Of a stretch of DNA of 64,000 nt, positions 1-18,258 are shown piece after piece; the first letter of the stretch is position 1; each line of letters starts with the position of its first letter. Position numbers and translations under genes: made by a program. Below the pieces are notes generated by a model that made no database searches, was not told the origin of the DNA, and was given only the letters and a program-made list of their open reading frames with translations. The stretch lies in the NCBI GenBank assembly GCA_964202905.1, contig CAXNJO010000009.1, forward strand, positions 1 to 64,000, read 5' to 3'. This DNA is from Polyangiales bacterium (lineage in GTDB: Bacteria > Myxococcota_A > Polyangia > Polyangiales > JADJQN01).

Positions 1-2083
1 GCCAGTGCTGCATGCCGGCGTAGGAGTGGCTCGGACCCGAGGCCTCCTCGAGCCAGCCCGCGGGGTCCGCGGCGTCCGCGAAACGCGCCGCGAAGGCCCG
101 CGCAGCGGCGCGGTAGAGGGCGGCCTCGGGGCGCCCCGCGTAGCCGTGGGCGAGCTCCTCGGTCGCGACGAGCAGGTGGCTCGACTGGTTCATCGTCGTG
201 ACCAGATAGGCCGGCAGGAGACGATCGACCGCGCGGCGCAGCCCCTCGCCCCAGACGCGCTGCACGTCGGCGGCGAGCGCGGGGTCACCGAGCGCCTCGG
301 CGAGGTGCGGCGCGACGCGCGCGAAGCCGCTCGTCGCCTGCGGCAACTGGAAGGCGAGGGAGCCCGGGTACGGGTCGTCGTCACCGACCGGCAGGAAGCG
401 CTCGTCTTCGCCGAGCACGAGCAGATCCGCGAGCCCTGCCGCTGCCGCGAGCGCGACGAGTTCGGGGTGGCGCAGCGGCGCGCCGGGCGCAGCCGGGCCC
501 CAGGGATTGCAGGGATTCGCGGCCGTCGCGGCGAGGCCGAGGTGATCCGCGAACGCGCCTGGGAGCGCGAGGCCGGTGAAGGCGCCGGGGTCGCGGAGGC
601 CCGCGCGGAGCGTGTAGCGGAGGCCGCGTAGCACGTCCCAGCGCGCCGCCGGAGACGCCGCGTCGAAGGGCGTGTCGCACGCGCCGACCGCGAGGTCGCA
701 CGCGCCCCCCGCGACGCAATCGGAGTCGTGCGCGCAGCGCTGGCGCGCGAGGTACGCGAGGCCGACGGCGCCGGCCCAGTGGCTCGCCGCCTCGTCCTCG
801 AGGACGCGACGCCCCGCGCCGAACACGACGCCGTCGCCACCCGCCGACGCGTGCGCGAGGTAGAAGCGCACCGCGCGGAGCGGGCTGTCCCAGCCGTCGA
901 GCAGCTCGCCGCGACGCCACACGTCCGACGCGCTCGCGGGCTCGCTGCACGCGGGGTCGCGCGGCACCGCGCGGTGGGCCTCGTCGTCGAGCGCGTCGAG
1001 CGCGGCCGCGTCGCCGAGGCGCGCGTGGTCGAGCAAGCGCGGGAGGAGCGCGAGGATCTCCGTCTGGAAACGGTGGTGCACGAGGGTCCCCGCGTGAGGG
1101 CCGCTGCGCACGCGCTCGACGGACGCGTGGATCGCGCGCGCGCTCTCCGCCGTGTCGGCGAGCACGAGGGGAAAGCCGCTCGCGCGGAACTCCTCGAAGC
1201 GCCCCGCGTCGACCGACGGGAGATCGACGCGCCAGAGTTCGCCCTCGTCGTCGCGCCCGGGACGCACGACGTAGCGTCGCGCCCCGTCGACGGCGAACGG
1301 CACGCGCAGGACACCGCCGGCGTCGTGGATCGCGGGGACGTCCTCGCGATCACCGCGGATCGCGAGCCACAGCGGCGCCGTCGGGTGGCGGGGCGCGTAG
1401 GCCCAGAGCGACGTCGCGGGTGTGTCCCCGCACGTGCCACGACAGAACGGCCACGCGAACGCGCCATCGCCGTACGCGACGCCGACGCCGATCCCCTCCG
1501 GCAGCGTGAGGCGCACCGCCGTCTTCAGCGAGTTCGTCGTGATGCGCACCTGGTGCACGCCCGGCGCCTCGAGCGAGAAGCGGTAGCCGCGGAGGACACC
1601 GGAGGCGTCGTGCGTGAACGAAGGCGGCGGCTCGGACGACGACCGCAGCGTCTCGATGGCCGCGACGCCGGGCCGCTGGCGCTGCAAGTGCCAGTGCACG
1701 ACGCGCTCGTCGGGGTCGAGGACGCGCACGAGCGCGAGGTGCTCGGACGACGGATACGGATCGCCCGCGGCGCCCTCCCCCGCGCCGCCCGGCGCACCGA
1801 TCGGGTCCGCGGAGAGCTCCCCCTGAAGCGGCCCGCCCGGCGAGACGAGGTAGAGCGTGAGCACCGGCCGATGCGTGCCGGGCTGGAGCAAGAAGGGGCC
1901 GACCGTGCGCGTGCGCGGCGCCGGGATGCGACACGTCGGGAGGCACTCGTCCGTACCGTCCGCGTCGCCGTCGTCGCACGCCTCGCCCGGATCGAGCGTG
2001 CCATCGCCACAGCGCGCGACGGGCGCCGGGTCATCGCCGCAGGCCGCGATGAGCAGCGCGAGCGCGCCGCAGACCGCGAACAT
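1..2083 (-). CDS. Large lipoprotein with myxobacterial Cys-rich repeat; partial, runs off the left edge
   Basis: Absent from the ORF track because it has no stop in the window. Manual translation gives MFAVCGALALLIAAC (lipobox), then CGDGTLDPGEACDDGDADGTDECLPTC (DUF4215-like repeat), and the frame stays open to base 1 (...GWLEEASGPSHSYAGMQHW). In-frame ATGs also occur at 2125, 2137 and 2155. Confidence 0.75.
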   Translation of the reverse strand, partial: MFAVCGALALLIAACGDDPAPVARCGDGTLDPGEACDDGDADGTDECLPTCRIPAPRTRTVGPFLLQPGTHRPVLTLYLVSPGGPLQGELSADPIGAPGGAGEGAAGDPYPSSEHLALVRVLDPDERVVHWHLQRQRPGVAAIETLRSSSEPPPSFTHDASGVLRGYRFSLEAPGVHQVRITTNSLKTAVRLTLPEGIGVGVAYGDGAFAWPFCRGTCGDTPATSLWAYAPRHPTAPLWLAIRGDREDVPAIHDAGGVLRVPFAVDGARRYVVRPGRDDEGELWRVDLPSVDAGRFEEFRASGFPLVLADTAESARAIHASVERVRSGPHAGTLVHHRFQTEILALLPRLLDHARLGDAAALDALDDEAHRAVPRDPACSEPASASDVWRRGELLDGWDSPLRAVRFYLAHASAGGDGVVFGAGRRVLEDEAASHWAGAVGLAYLARQRCAHDSDCVAGGACDLAVGACDTPFDAASPAARWDVLRGLRYTLRAGLRDPGAFTGLALPGAFADHLGLAATAANPCNPWGPAAPGAPLRHPELVALAAAAGLADLLVLGEDERFLPVGDDDPYPGSLAFQLPQATSGFARVAPHLAEALGDPALAADVQRVWGEGLRRAVDRLLPAYLVTTMNQSSHLLVATEELAHGYAGRPEAALYRAAARAFAARFADAADPAGWLEEASGPSHSYAGMQHW

Positions 2084-2198
2084 CCCCTGTTCGGCGCGCA
2101 CGCCTCGTCGCCGCGCTCCCCGCATCGCCTGGTCCATGTCGGCGGATTCAAACATGCGAGGCGGGTGGACGCGTACCCGAAAATAAATGAACCGCCAT

Positions 2199-7724
<5,526 letters not shown>

Positions 7725-7761
7725 GGGAAGCTCGGGTGCTAGGGGAGCAGGGGAGCAGGGG

Positions 7762-8862
7762 ATGCGAGGGCGCAGCGGGCGCGGAACGGGGAGGCCGGGC
7801 ATCGCCCAAATCGCGGCGCTCTCGCTCGGCGTGGCGGCGGTTATAGGTCCATGCGGGGCACTGTCTAGCCGTGCAGTGGCCCAGCCGCGCACCACCGACG
7901 TGGCGGCCCCCGCGCTCGAGCGCGCGCTGACCCGCGCCGAGCGTGACCTCGCGCGCGGCCGTCTTTCCATGGGGATCGCGGGACTCTGGCGAGCCGCACG
8001 GCGCGCCCCGCTCGATGCACGCGCCCCGCTCCGCCTCGCCGCGCTGCTGCTCCCCGGGACGCTCGGGCAGGAGCCCGACGACGGCATACGCGAGGCGGCT
8101 GCCGCCGTGCGCGCCGCGCTCGAGACCGCCGCGGACGCGCCCGGCATCGAGCCGTCGATGCAGCAGCAGTTGCGGTTGCGCGCGGCCTTCGCGCAGGCGG
8201 TCGCGGGCGATCCTGCGGGCGCCGTCACGTCGATCGCGACGCGCTGCGGACGCCTCGATGCGGCGTCGGGAGACGCCCTGCGCGTGCTCGCGGCCGCGGC
8301 GGTGCAGCACGACCGACTCGCCGACGCAGAGGGCGTGCTCGACCACGCGCTGCGTTGCGCGGGGCCGCGCGACGCGCTCCTCGCCGATCGCGGCGCCGTG
8401 CGCCTCGCGCGCGGACGCACGGTCGAGGCCGTCGACGACTTCCGCGAGGTCGTGCGCCGCAGGCCCGGAGACGTCGACGCCCTCCGCGATCTCGCGGGCG
8501 CGCTCCTCGCCGGCGGTCGGACCTCGGAGGCGCTCACGCTCCATGGCGGCCTCGCCGCACGCGCCCCGGACGACGCGCGCGCGCACCTCGACCTCGCCCG
8601 CGCCGCGCTTGAAGCGCGGGACCTGCCGCGCGCCATCGAGGCGGCCCGGACGGCGCTCCGCCTCGACGTCCGCGACGCGGAGCCCGCGCTCCTGCTCGCG
8701 GCGGCACACCTCGCGGCGGGCGCACGGGGAGCGGCGATCGAGGCGTTCCGCGAGGCGCTGCGCCGCCGCCCCGACGAGCCCCGCGCGGTCGAGGGGCTCC
8801 GCGCGCTCGCGCCGGACGCGCGGCCGGACGCTGCGTCGGCGATGCCCGACGCGGCGCGCTGA
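7762..8862 (+). CDS. Tetratricopeptide-repeat protein
   Basis: Ala/Leu-rich helical repeats ([33 protein letters not shown]). Divergent from uvrA; start uncertain. Confidence 0.7.
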   Translation: MRGRSGRGTGRPGIAQIAALSLGVAAVIGPCGALSSRAVAQPRTTDVAAPALERALTRAERDLARGRLSMGIAGLWRAARRAPLDARAPLRLAALLLPGTLGQEPDDGIREAAAAVRAALETAADAPGIEPSMQQQLRLRAAFAQAVAGDPAGAVTSIATRCGRLDAASGDALRVLAAAAVQHDRLADAEGVLDHALRCAGPRDALLADRGAVRLARGRTVEAVDDFREVVRRRPGDVDALRDLAGALLAGGRTSEALTLHGGLAARAPDDARAHLDLARAALEARDLPRAIEAARTALRLDVRDAEPALLLAAAHLAAGARGAAIEAFREALRRRPDEPRAVEGLRALAPDARPDAASAMPDAAR

Positions 8863-8899
8863 CGGGCCGCGTCACGCGCTGCGGGCTATGCTCAGCCGG

Positions 8900-9898
8900 A
8901 TGTCGCTCGCCACGCGCTCCGCGGTGTTCGCGCTGCTGACGATCACGATCACGATCGCGCTGCGGCCCGCGGCCCACGCCGCGGCGCAGGAGACGGAGTA
9001 CGACCCGGAGGGCCGACGCCTCCCGCCCGCGACGGCACCCGCCTCGCCCGTCGATGAAGACGACCTCGAGGATGCGCCCGTCCCCGCGCTGCCTGTGCCC
9101 GCGGCCCTCCCGCCGCCCCCCGATGCCGCGCCCCCGGCCACCTACGGCGCACCGACGCCGCCCGCCCCGCGGTATCCGCGCGCGGACATCGACCCCGCGT
9201 TCGGCGACGAAGCGGGCCTCGAGCCAACGCTGCGCATCCCGCCCCGCATCACCGCCCGCCTGCGCGCGCTCGACCGCGACTACGCGGCCCTGTCCGCGCG
9301 CGGCTCGAGCGGGCTGGTCGACGGAATCCTCTCGGTGGTGACGGGCGGCCTGTCGGTCGTGCTCGGCGCCGTCCTCCCCGACACGAGCGCGGGGTTCGCG
9401 ACCTACTTCTACGTGTTCGGCGCCGGCAACATCGCGCACGGCATCGTCGACATCGCGGTGACGCCCGATCCCGTCGAGCCCGCGCTGGTCTTCGCGCACA
9501 TGCCGATGCGCTCCGTCGACGAGGTGAAGGCGCGCCTCCGCTACGGCGAGGAGTCGCTCGCCTCGCTCGCGAACCGCGCGCGGATCGGGCGCATCCTCGA
9601 GGGCTCGCTCGACATCGCCACGGGCGTCGCGTTCATCCCCTTCTACCTCGGGCCGCGCGACTACGCGTTCACCGGCGACGTGCTCGACATCCTCATGATG
9701 ACCGCGGCGCTGATCCGCGTCGTCAGCGGCGTCGCGACCTTGCTGACGCGGACCGACGCCGAGCGTCGCCAGGACGCCTACGAGCACCTGCGTGACCAGC
9801 TCCGGCGCGAGCGACGGGCACGGCCGCGCGCCGACCTGCGCGTCGGGGCCGCCCCGCTCCCCGGGGGCGGGTTGCTCACCGTCTCGGGCGCGCTCTGA
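8900..9898 (+). CDS. Hypothetical secreted/membrane protein
   Basis: Signal peptide (MSLATRSAVFALLTITITIAL...AHA), Pro-rich linker, several hydrophobic segments, C-terminal PLPGGGLLTVSGAL. Confidence 0.7.
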   Translation: MSLATRSAVFALLTITITIALRPAAHAAAQETEYDPEGRRLPPATAPASPVDEDDLEDAPVPALPVPAALPPPPDAAPPATYGAPTPPAPRYPRADIDPAFGDEAGLEPTLRIPPRITARLRALDRDYAALSARGSSGLVDGILSVVTGGLSVVLGAVLPDTSAGFATYFYVFGAGNIAHGIVDIAVTPDPVEPALVFAHMPMRSVDEVKARLRYGEESLASLANRARIGRILEGSLDIATGVAFIPFYLGPRDYAFTGDVLDILMMTAALIRVVSGVATLLTRTDAERRQDAYEHLRDQLRRERRARPRADLRVGAAPLPGGGLLTVSGAL

Positions 9899-10012
9899 TC
9901 CGTCACCGCGCTTCGGCCACGGTCGCGCGCGCGACTCTGCTACGCTCGGCCGCGTCCTTCGAGTATCCCGCGCGTCGCCGACGGTGACGCGCCCCTGCCG
10001 GAAGATGCCCGC

Positions 10013-11881
10013 ATGAAGTCCCTCCGCCGACTCCCCGTCACCCTCGGCCTCTTCGCCTCGCTCGGATCCGCGCTGGTCGCGAGTCCGCGTGCCGCCCACG
10101 CCATCGACCTCCGCAGCGAGGGCGGCTTCCTCTTCGACATTCTGGACCGCGACGGTGGCGACCTGAGCAACGGCAGCATCGACGCCTACGACGGTTGCTA
10201 CCAGCTCGTCGTCAACGGAACGTCGTACAGCGCGTTCAGCGCCGGGGCCCCCGCGACCACCAGCCTCGACGGACGTCAGGTCGACATGCCCGACGTGTCG
10301 ATCGGCGCCTCTTTGCAGGCGCGGCGGTTCGTCTACGTGCCCCTCGCCGGTGGCGACTACGCCCGTTTCCTCGACGTCGTCACGAACACCGGCACGACGC
10401 CCGTGACCGTCACGCTGGGGATGACGTGCAACCTCGGCAGCGACGGCTCGGAGGTCGTCTTCTCGAGCGGCTCGGGCGACACCGTGTGCGACACCGCGGA
10501 CGCCTTCTGCGGATCCGACGATTCGGAGGGCTCCGGCGACCCTGCGCTCGGCCACGTGGTCCAGGGGACGACGCCGCCGACGCGCGCGTCGGTCTTGAAC
10601 GTGGGGAGCGGCGAGGCCGACTGGTCGTTCAGCGTCACGATCCCCCCGGGCGGGCGCGCCGCGCTGCTGACCTTCGCCATCCAGAAGACCCCGCGGATGG
10701 CCGTCACCGACGAAGCCACCATGCTCACGGAGCCCGACGACGCCGCGCTCACGGGCCTCGACGAGTACCTCGACGACATCGTGAACTTCGCCATCGCGAC
10801 CCCCGGCGCGCCGCGCGTGACGTTCGATGCTCCTTTCACCGCCGATGAGGGCGCGGAGATCACGATCAACGCGACGGTCACGGACCCCGAGGGCGATTCC
10901 TCCACGTGGAGTTGGGACCTCGACGGCGACGGGACGTTCGGCGACATGCCGGGCGCGACGCGCTACGTCGTCCCCGCCGGCACGACGGACGGGCCGACCG
11001 CCTCGGTCCGCGTCGGCGTCCGCGCGACGGACGGAACGAACACGTCCGAGCGGTACCGCTCGATCGGCGTCACCAACCTGCCGCCCGAGATCACCTCGCC
11101 GCTGCCGTCCATCCTCACGGGCGTCGGCGCGAATTACCTGCACCAGTTCGTCGCGGCGGATCCCGCAGGCACCGCGGACCCGCTCGTGTACTCGGTCGTG
11201 CGCGGACCGTCGGGGATGGCGGTCAGCGCGACCGGCTTGCTCCAATGGACGCCCGCCTCCGGCGACGTCACCCGCGCCGGCACCCCGCTCACGATCGAGG
11301 TCGCCGTGTCGGACGGCGACGGCGGCAGCGACTCGCAGACCTGGGAGCTCACGGTCTCTCCGAACCGCACGCCGACCTCCCCCGTTCCGCTCTACCCGGT
11401 CGGCGACGTCGGCGTGCTCGACACCAACCCGCGCCTCGTCGTCTCGAACGCGAGCGACGCGGACTTCGATCCGCTCACCTACACGTTCGAGATCGACGCG
11501 GTGAGCACCTTCGACTCGCCCGCGCTGCAGCGCGTGGAGTCGGTCGCGCAGACGCCGGGATTCTCGTTTTGGTACGTGACGACCCCCCTCACGCCGGGCC
11601 GCTGGTTCTGGCGCGCGCGCGCCAACGACGGGACCAGCCCGAGCGAACCGCAGATGGCGACCTTCTACCGCGTGCCGACGGCCGCGGAAATCGGTGACGC
11701 AGGGACGCCCGACGCGGGTGTGCCCACCGGCGACGCGGGCACGATGCCGCCGCCACCGCCGAGCACCACGGACGACGGGGGATGCAGCGCGGCGCCCGGC
11801 GCGCGCGGCGCCTCGGAAGGCGCGCTCGCTGCGCTCGGCCTCGTGCTCCTGCTCGGGGCGCGACGCCGTCGGCGCCGCTGA
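10013..11881 (+). CDS. MYXO-CTERM surface protein with PKD and Ig-like domains
   Basis: Signal peptide; PKD-like WSWDLDGDG; He_PIG-like GPSGMAVSATGLLQWTP; C-terminal DDGGCSAAPG, transmembrane helix and RRRRRR. Confidence 0.88.
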   Translation: MKSLRRLPVTLGLFASLGSALVASPRAAHAIDLRSEGGFLFDILDRDGGDLSNGSIDAYDGCYQLVVNGTSYSAFSAGAPATTSLDGRQVDMPDVSIGASLQARRFVYVPLAGGDYARFLDVVTNTGTTPVTVTLGMTCNLGSDGSEVVFSSGSGDTVCDTADAFCGSDDSEGSGDPALGHVVQGTTPPTRASVLNVGSGEADWSFSVTIPPGGRAALLTFAIQKTPRMAVTDEATMLTEPDDAALTGLDEYLDDIVNFAIATPGAPRVTFDAPFTADEGAEITINATVTDPEGDSSTWSWDLDGDGTFGDMPGATRYVVPAGTTDGPTASVRVGVRATDGTNTSERYRSIGVTNLPPEITSPLPSILTGVGANYLHQFVAADPAGTADPLVYSVVRGPSGMAVSATGLLQWTPASGDVTRAGTPLTIEVAVSDGDGGSDSQTWELTVSPNRTPTSPVPLYPVGDVGVLDTNPRLVVSNASDADFDPLTYTFEIDAVSTFDSPALQRVESVAQTPGFSFWYVTTPLTPGRWFWRARANDGTSPSEPQMATFYRVPTAAEIGDAGTPDAGVPTGDAGTMPPPPPSTTDDGGCSAAPGARGASEGALAALGLVLLLGARRRRRR

Positions 11882-11979
11882 GCGCAGCGCGCGGGGCCGC
11901 GCTGTCGGCATCTGCGCGACGAGAGGCTGACGACAGGCCGCGAATGGGCAGCGCGCGCGCGGGTCGCTAGACTCGGCGA

Positions 11980-12786
11980 ATGCGCGCACCCACGGCTGAC
12001 CCGCGGACTTCGTCCGACCACGCCGCCCCCCGCGCTCGCTGCGACGGGCTGTCGCGCCCCGGGCTCGCGTCGCGCCCCTGCGCGGCGTTCGCATGGGACG
12101 GCGGGTTCGCCTGGGCCGCGGCCCTCGCCTGCGCGATGTCGCTCGCCGCGTGCGAGGCGACGATACGCCCCGCCCCGGCGGCCGGCTCCGACGGGAGCGT
12201 CCTCTGCCCGGTGGGCTGCCCCGAACCGCGCGACGGGGGTCGTGCGACGCGCGATGCGGGCGGCTCCGACGCGGGCGTGCGCGACGCCGGGCCCGGGGAT
12301 GGGGGCGCGGGTGACTTCTGCGCGCCTCTTCCACGCGCGGGCAACGCGATCACCGCGCCGGCGGGCTTCGCGCCGACCCGCGTGGTCGCGCGCTGGGATC
12401 GCGCTTCGTGCGCGTCCCCGGCGCTCATCGTCGCGCTGACCGAGGGGGACTGCGAACTCGCCACCGGCGAGCGCGTGGTGCTGCGCTTCAACGAGGCGAA
12501 TGTGACGGACGCGCGGATCCTGCCCGGCATCAACGTCCTCTTCGCCGACGGCTCCCACCCGCTGCAGCTCACCTACGTGCGCCCCGACATGCCGAGCCTC
12601 GCGGTCGGCCCGTGCACGACGGGGACCGTCGAGATGGACATGCTCGCGCTCACACGCGGCGGGCGCCTCGTCGCACGCTTCGACGCGACGCTCGACGACT
12701 GCGGGCTCGTCGGCGACTCCGGGGTGAGTCTCGTCGGGACGCTCGACGTGCCCATCGCGGAGGGCTCCGCGGAGGCCTGTCCGTGA
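11980..12786 (+). CDS. Hypothetical Cys-containing lipoprotein
   Basis: Lipobox-like LAAC, DAG/DGG low-complexity linker, then a Cys-containing domain. The true start may lie downstream. Confidence 0.65.
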   Translation: MRAPTADPRTSSDHAAPRARCDGLSRPGLASRPCAAFAWDGGFAWAAALACAMSLAACEATIRPAPAAGSDGSVLCPVGCPEPRDGGRATRDAGGSDAGVRDAGPGDGGAGDFCAPLPRAGNAITAPAGFAPTRVVARWDRASCASPALIVALTEGDCELATGERVVLRFNEANVTDARILPGINVLFADGSHPLQLTYVRPDMPSLAVGPCTTGTVEMDMLALTRGGRLVARFDATLDDCGLVGDSGVSLVGTLDVPIAEGSAEACP

Positions 12787-14876
<2,090 letters not shown>

Positions 14877-14940
14877 ATCGCGATTCAGTGACGACGCGCC
14901 GCGCGTCCGGGGCGCGCCGCGCGAACGCGAACGGCGCGCA

Positions 14941-17180
14941 TCACGGCCGCCCCCAGCGGCGCCGCGCGAGCCACTCGGCGACGAGCAGCGCCGCGACGAG
15001 GAGCACGAAGGGCCACTCCGCGAGCGGCGCGTGCGTGGTGACGCCGAGAGCGCGGACGCGCGTCGTGTCGAAGCGCGCGAGCGGCGGCGCCGACCCCGGC
15101 GACGCGTGGTGCGTCCCGCCCGTCGCCTCGGAGATGGCGCGCAACACCTCGGGGCGGGCGCGCGGATCGGCGAGCTCGTCGCCGCCCGTCTCGACGACGA
15201 AGACCGACTCCGCGAGCGGCGGCGCGGCTCCCTCGAGCGCGGCCGAGACGCGGTACGCGCCCGGCTCGGCTGGCCCGGCCAGCTCCGCGTGCACGCGCCC
15301 GTCGACATCGGTGCGCGTCGCCGCGCGCGCGACGACCTCCTCGCCTCGCCGCACGACGAGCGAGACCGCGCGCTCGCCGAGGGGCGCGTACCGCGCGTCG
15401 CGGAGCAGCCCGTCGACGGTCACGCGACCCGTCGGACCGTAGGACGCGCGGTCCGTGTCGAGCAGCGCCGGCTCGAGCGCCGGATCGCGCGCGAGCCAGC
15501 GGAGGGCACGGTCCCAGAAGCGGTCGTACGCGCTCGCGTCGCCGCTCACGGCGCCGGTCGCCATGCCCCAGCGCCAGGTCTCGTCGGTGAGCAGCGCGAG
15601 CGTGCGCCCCTTCTCGCGCGCGCCCGCGACGAGCAGCGGGTGCGGGCGCCCCGCGGGATCCCGCAGCGTCGGGTGCACGAGCAGCGCGTCCGCGCCCTCG
15701 CGCAATCCGCGCACGCGGTTCACGCCGTGCAGCGGCGCGAGCGCGCGCAGGGCGGCGGCGCTCTGCGCGACGTCCGGCTGCAACTGCACGAGGGGGTGCC
15801 GCGCGAGCTCGGGCGCGGCCACCGGGCGAAACGTCGCGAGATCGACGAGCTCGGACTCCGGCGCGCCGCCGGGTGGCACCTCGACGGGCAGCACGTCCGC
15901 GATGGGCGTCTCCCCGTAGCCGCCCCCGCCGAAGGAGAGATCGCCGCCGATCATCGCGAACGAGCCGCCGCGCACGACGAAATCCGCGACGTTCGGCAGG
16001 TAGCCGGCCAGGCGGTACGGCGCGTAACCGAAGTTCTGGAAGAGCACGATGTCGAACGAACCGAGGTGCTCGCGGAAGAGCTCGTCCGTCGGGAACGGGA
16101 TGAGCGCAAGCTCCTCGTTGGGTGCCATCGCGTCGTCCGAGACGGCGCGGAGGATGAAGAACGAGACCAGATCGATCGTCGGGTCACGCTGCAAAAAATC
16201 TCTCAGAAAGCGCTGATCGGGGCTGGGACGCCCGCAGAGCAGGAGCACGCGCAGCTTGTCGCGGACCACGCGCACGAGGAACGCGCGCTCGTTGTTCTCG
16301 GGCACGTCGTCGCCTGTCGCGAGCGGGATGGACACCGTGTAGGCGAGGCGACCGAGCGTGTCCGGGGTGACCGGGAGTTCGAGCGTCGCCTGCCCGCCCG
16401 CGGGCACCTCGACGACCGCCTCGCGCAGCAGCGCCCCGTCACGCCGCAGCGAGACGGGGATGGGCCCGCCCGCGGTCGAGCGGACGGTCACGCGGACGCG
16501 CGCGGTCTGGCGCAGGAAGGTCGTCGCGTCGGCCTGCACCGCGGCGATGGCGTCGTCGCGGAGCGCCGCGCCCGCCCCGAGCGCGACGGTGTGCACCTTC
16601 ACGCCGAGCCGCGCGAGCGCCTCCGCCGCCGGGGACCGCGCCTGATCCGCGCCGTCCGAGACGAGCACCACGGCCCCCACCGCGCCCGGCGAGCCGGGCT
16701 CCGCCGCGTCGAGCGCGAGCGCGTGCTGCACGGCGGCCGCGAGGCGCGTGTCGTCCTCGCGCGTGTCGAAGCGCGCCGCGAGTTGCGTGAGCGACGACGG
16801 CCGCGTCGTAATTGCCGAAGGTGCGCACCTCGGCCGCGCCGCGCGCCGGTCCGCGCCCAGCGCGCGGCGAGCGCCGCGGCCACGTCGGCGCGCGTGCCGC
16901 GACCCTCGCGCGCGCGGAGGCTGCGCGACGCGTCGAAGAGCACCGCGAGGCGCCCCGTCGTGCGCTCGACGCGCTCCTCGAGCCAGCGCGGCTGCACGAC
17001 GACGAGCCACACGCCCACGGCCGTCGCGAGCCGCAGCGCGAGGAGCGCGACACGACGGGGACGGCGCGTCTCGGCACGAAGCACACGGACCTCGCGCACC
17101 ACGAGCGCGCCGAGAATCGCGGCGAGCAGCACGGCCGTGACGATCCCGCCCGGCACGCCGAGCGAGGGCCACGCCCCCAT
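14941..17180 (-). CDS. Membrane protein with vWA-like and glutamine-amidotransferase-like domains; apparent frameshifts near 16810-16860
   Basis: The N-terminus (two TM helices, LFDASRSL) is in ORF 16599..18029. The C-terminus (LVSDGAD, PENNER, GGSFAMIGG, C-terminal TM) is in ORF 14941..17583. TGATG coupling to the DUF4159 gene. Confidence 0.75.
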
Positions 17181-17992
17181 CAGGGCGCACCCGCGCGCCG
17201 CCGCATGATGAACGGCGCGTGCACCTGGTCGTCCTTGTAGTTGAGACAGAGCGCGTAGAGGACGAGGTTGACGGCGAGCCGCGTCGCCTGTTCCCGCTGC
17301 GCCTCGCCGCCCGGCGTGACGCCGTGCTGCCAGACGCCGAGCTCGTCGCGCGCGAGCGCACCCCCGAGATCGTGCCGCGCGTACACGATGGCTGCGCGAC
17401 CAGCGAGCTGGACGGACTCGAGTTGCGCGGGCCCCTCGACGCGGCCCACCGGCCGGCGGAGCAGGAAAAACGCGCGAAAAATCGTGTGCGTCGCAGGCAG
17501 CGGACGCAGCGGGGCGCGGGGCAGCGCACGCGCAAGATCGCGGCGCACCGAGGTGTCGAAGCCGGGCGTGCCGGGCGCCGCATCGTCGACGACGACGAAG
17601 CCTCCGAGCGTCACGTAGCGGCGCAGCGCGACGACCTCGGCGTCCGAGAGCGGCGGGAACGCGCGGTCGCCGCTCCACCAGAGGATCGCCTGATCGAAGA
17701 GCGCCGGATCGGTCAGACGCACACGCGTCGGCGCGACGAGCGTCTCGACGCTGGTGCGCTTGCGCACCTCCCACGCGAGGCGCCGCAGCGCGGTGGGGCG
17801 CGTCGACGCGCCGCCGCCCGCGTAATCGAGCCCGCGCAGATCGACGAGGCTCGCCTCCCCGAGCGCGCGTACCGGGCCGGGCAGCGCGGGCGACGCGACG
17901 AGCACGAACGACGCGAGCGCGACGAGACCGGCGACGGCGCCGCGCGCCTTGTCCCGCGCACGCGCCTCCGATATCTTGCCGGCCAAGATCAT
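17180..17992 (-). CDS. DUF4159 domain protein
   Basis: LRRYVTLGGFVVVDD, HTIFRAFF, RLAVNLVLYALCLNYKDDQVH. Start approximate. Confidence 0.85.
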   Translation of the reverse strand: MILAGKISEARARDKARGAVAGLVALASFVLVASPALPGPVRALGEASLVDLRGLDYAGGGASTRPTALRRLAWEVRKRTSVETLVAPTRVRLTDPALFDQAILWWSGDRAFPPLSDAEVVALRRYVTLGGFVVVDDAAPGTPGFDTSVRRDLARALPRAPLRPLPATHTIFRAFFLLRRPVGRVEGPAQLESVQLAGRAAIVYARHDLGGALARDELGVWQHGVTPGGEAQREQATRLAVNLVLYALCLNYKDDQVHAPFIMRRRAGAP

Positions 17993-18135
17993 CGCGGCGG
18001 AGCTTTTCACGAAGGCCCCGTGGACGCACGCGGTCCCCGCGCGCGCCGCCCGCGCGGATCCGCGGACCTGTTCAACCGGAGGGGCCCTCGGCGCCCTCCC
18101 CCCTCGGGGATGGCCCGGGTGGGCGCCCCACACGC

Positions 18136-18225
18136 CTCGACCCCCGCACCCGCCGGCTCCGCCCGCTCGACCCCCGCACCCGCCGGCTCCGCCCGCTCGA
18201 CCCCCGCACCCGCCGGCTCCGCCCG
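18136..18225. repeat. Perfect 30-bp tandem repeat, 3 copies
   Basis: CTCGACCCCCGCACCCGCCGGCTCCGCCCG at 18136, 18166 and 18196, between divergent genes. Confidence 0.95.
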
Positions 18226-18258
18226 GAGGCGCGTCGCTCCCCAGGGCCCCCTGCACGC

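Noticed and set aside
7725..8636. N-terminal extension of UvrA in the ORF track (2145 aa)
   Set aside because: It overlaps the opposite-strand TPR gene; UvrA similarity begins at the ATG at 7724.
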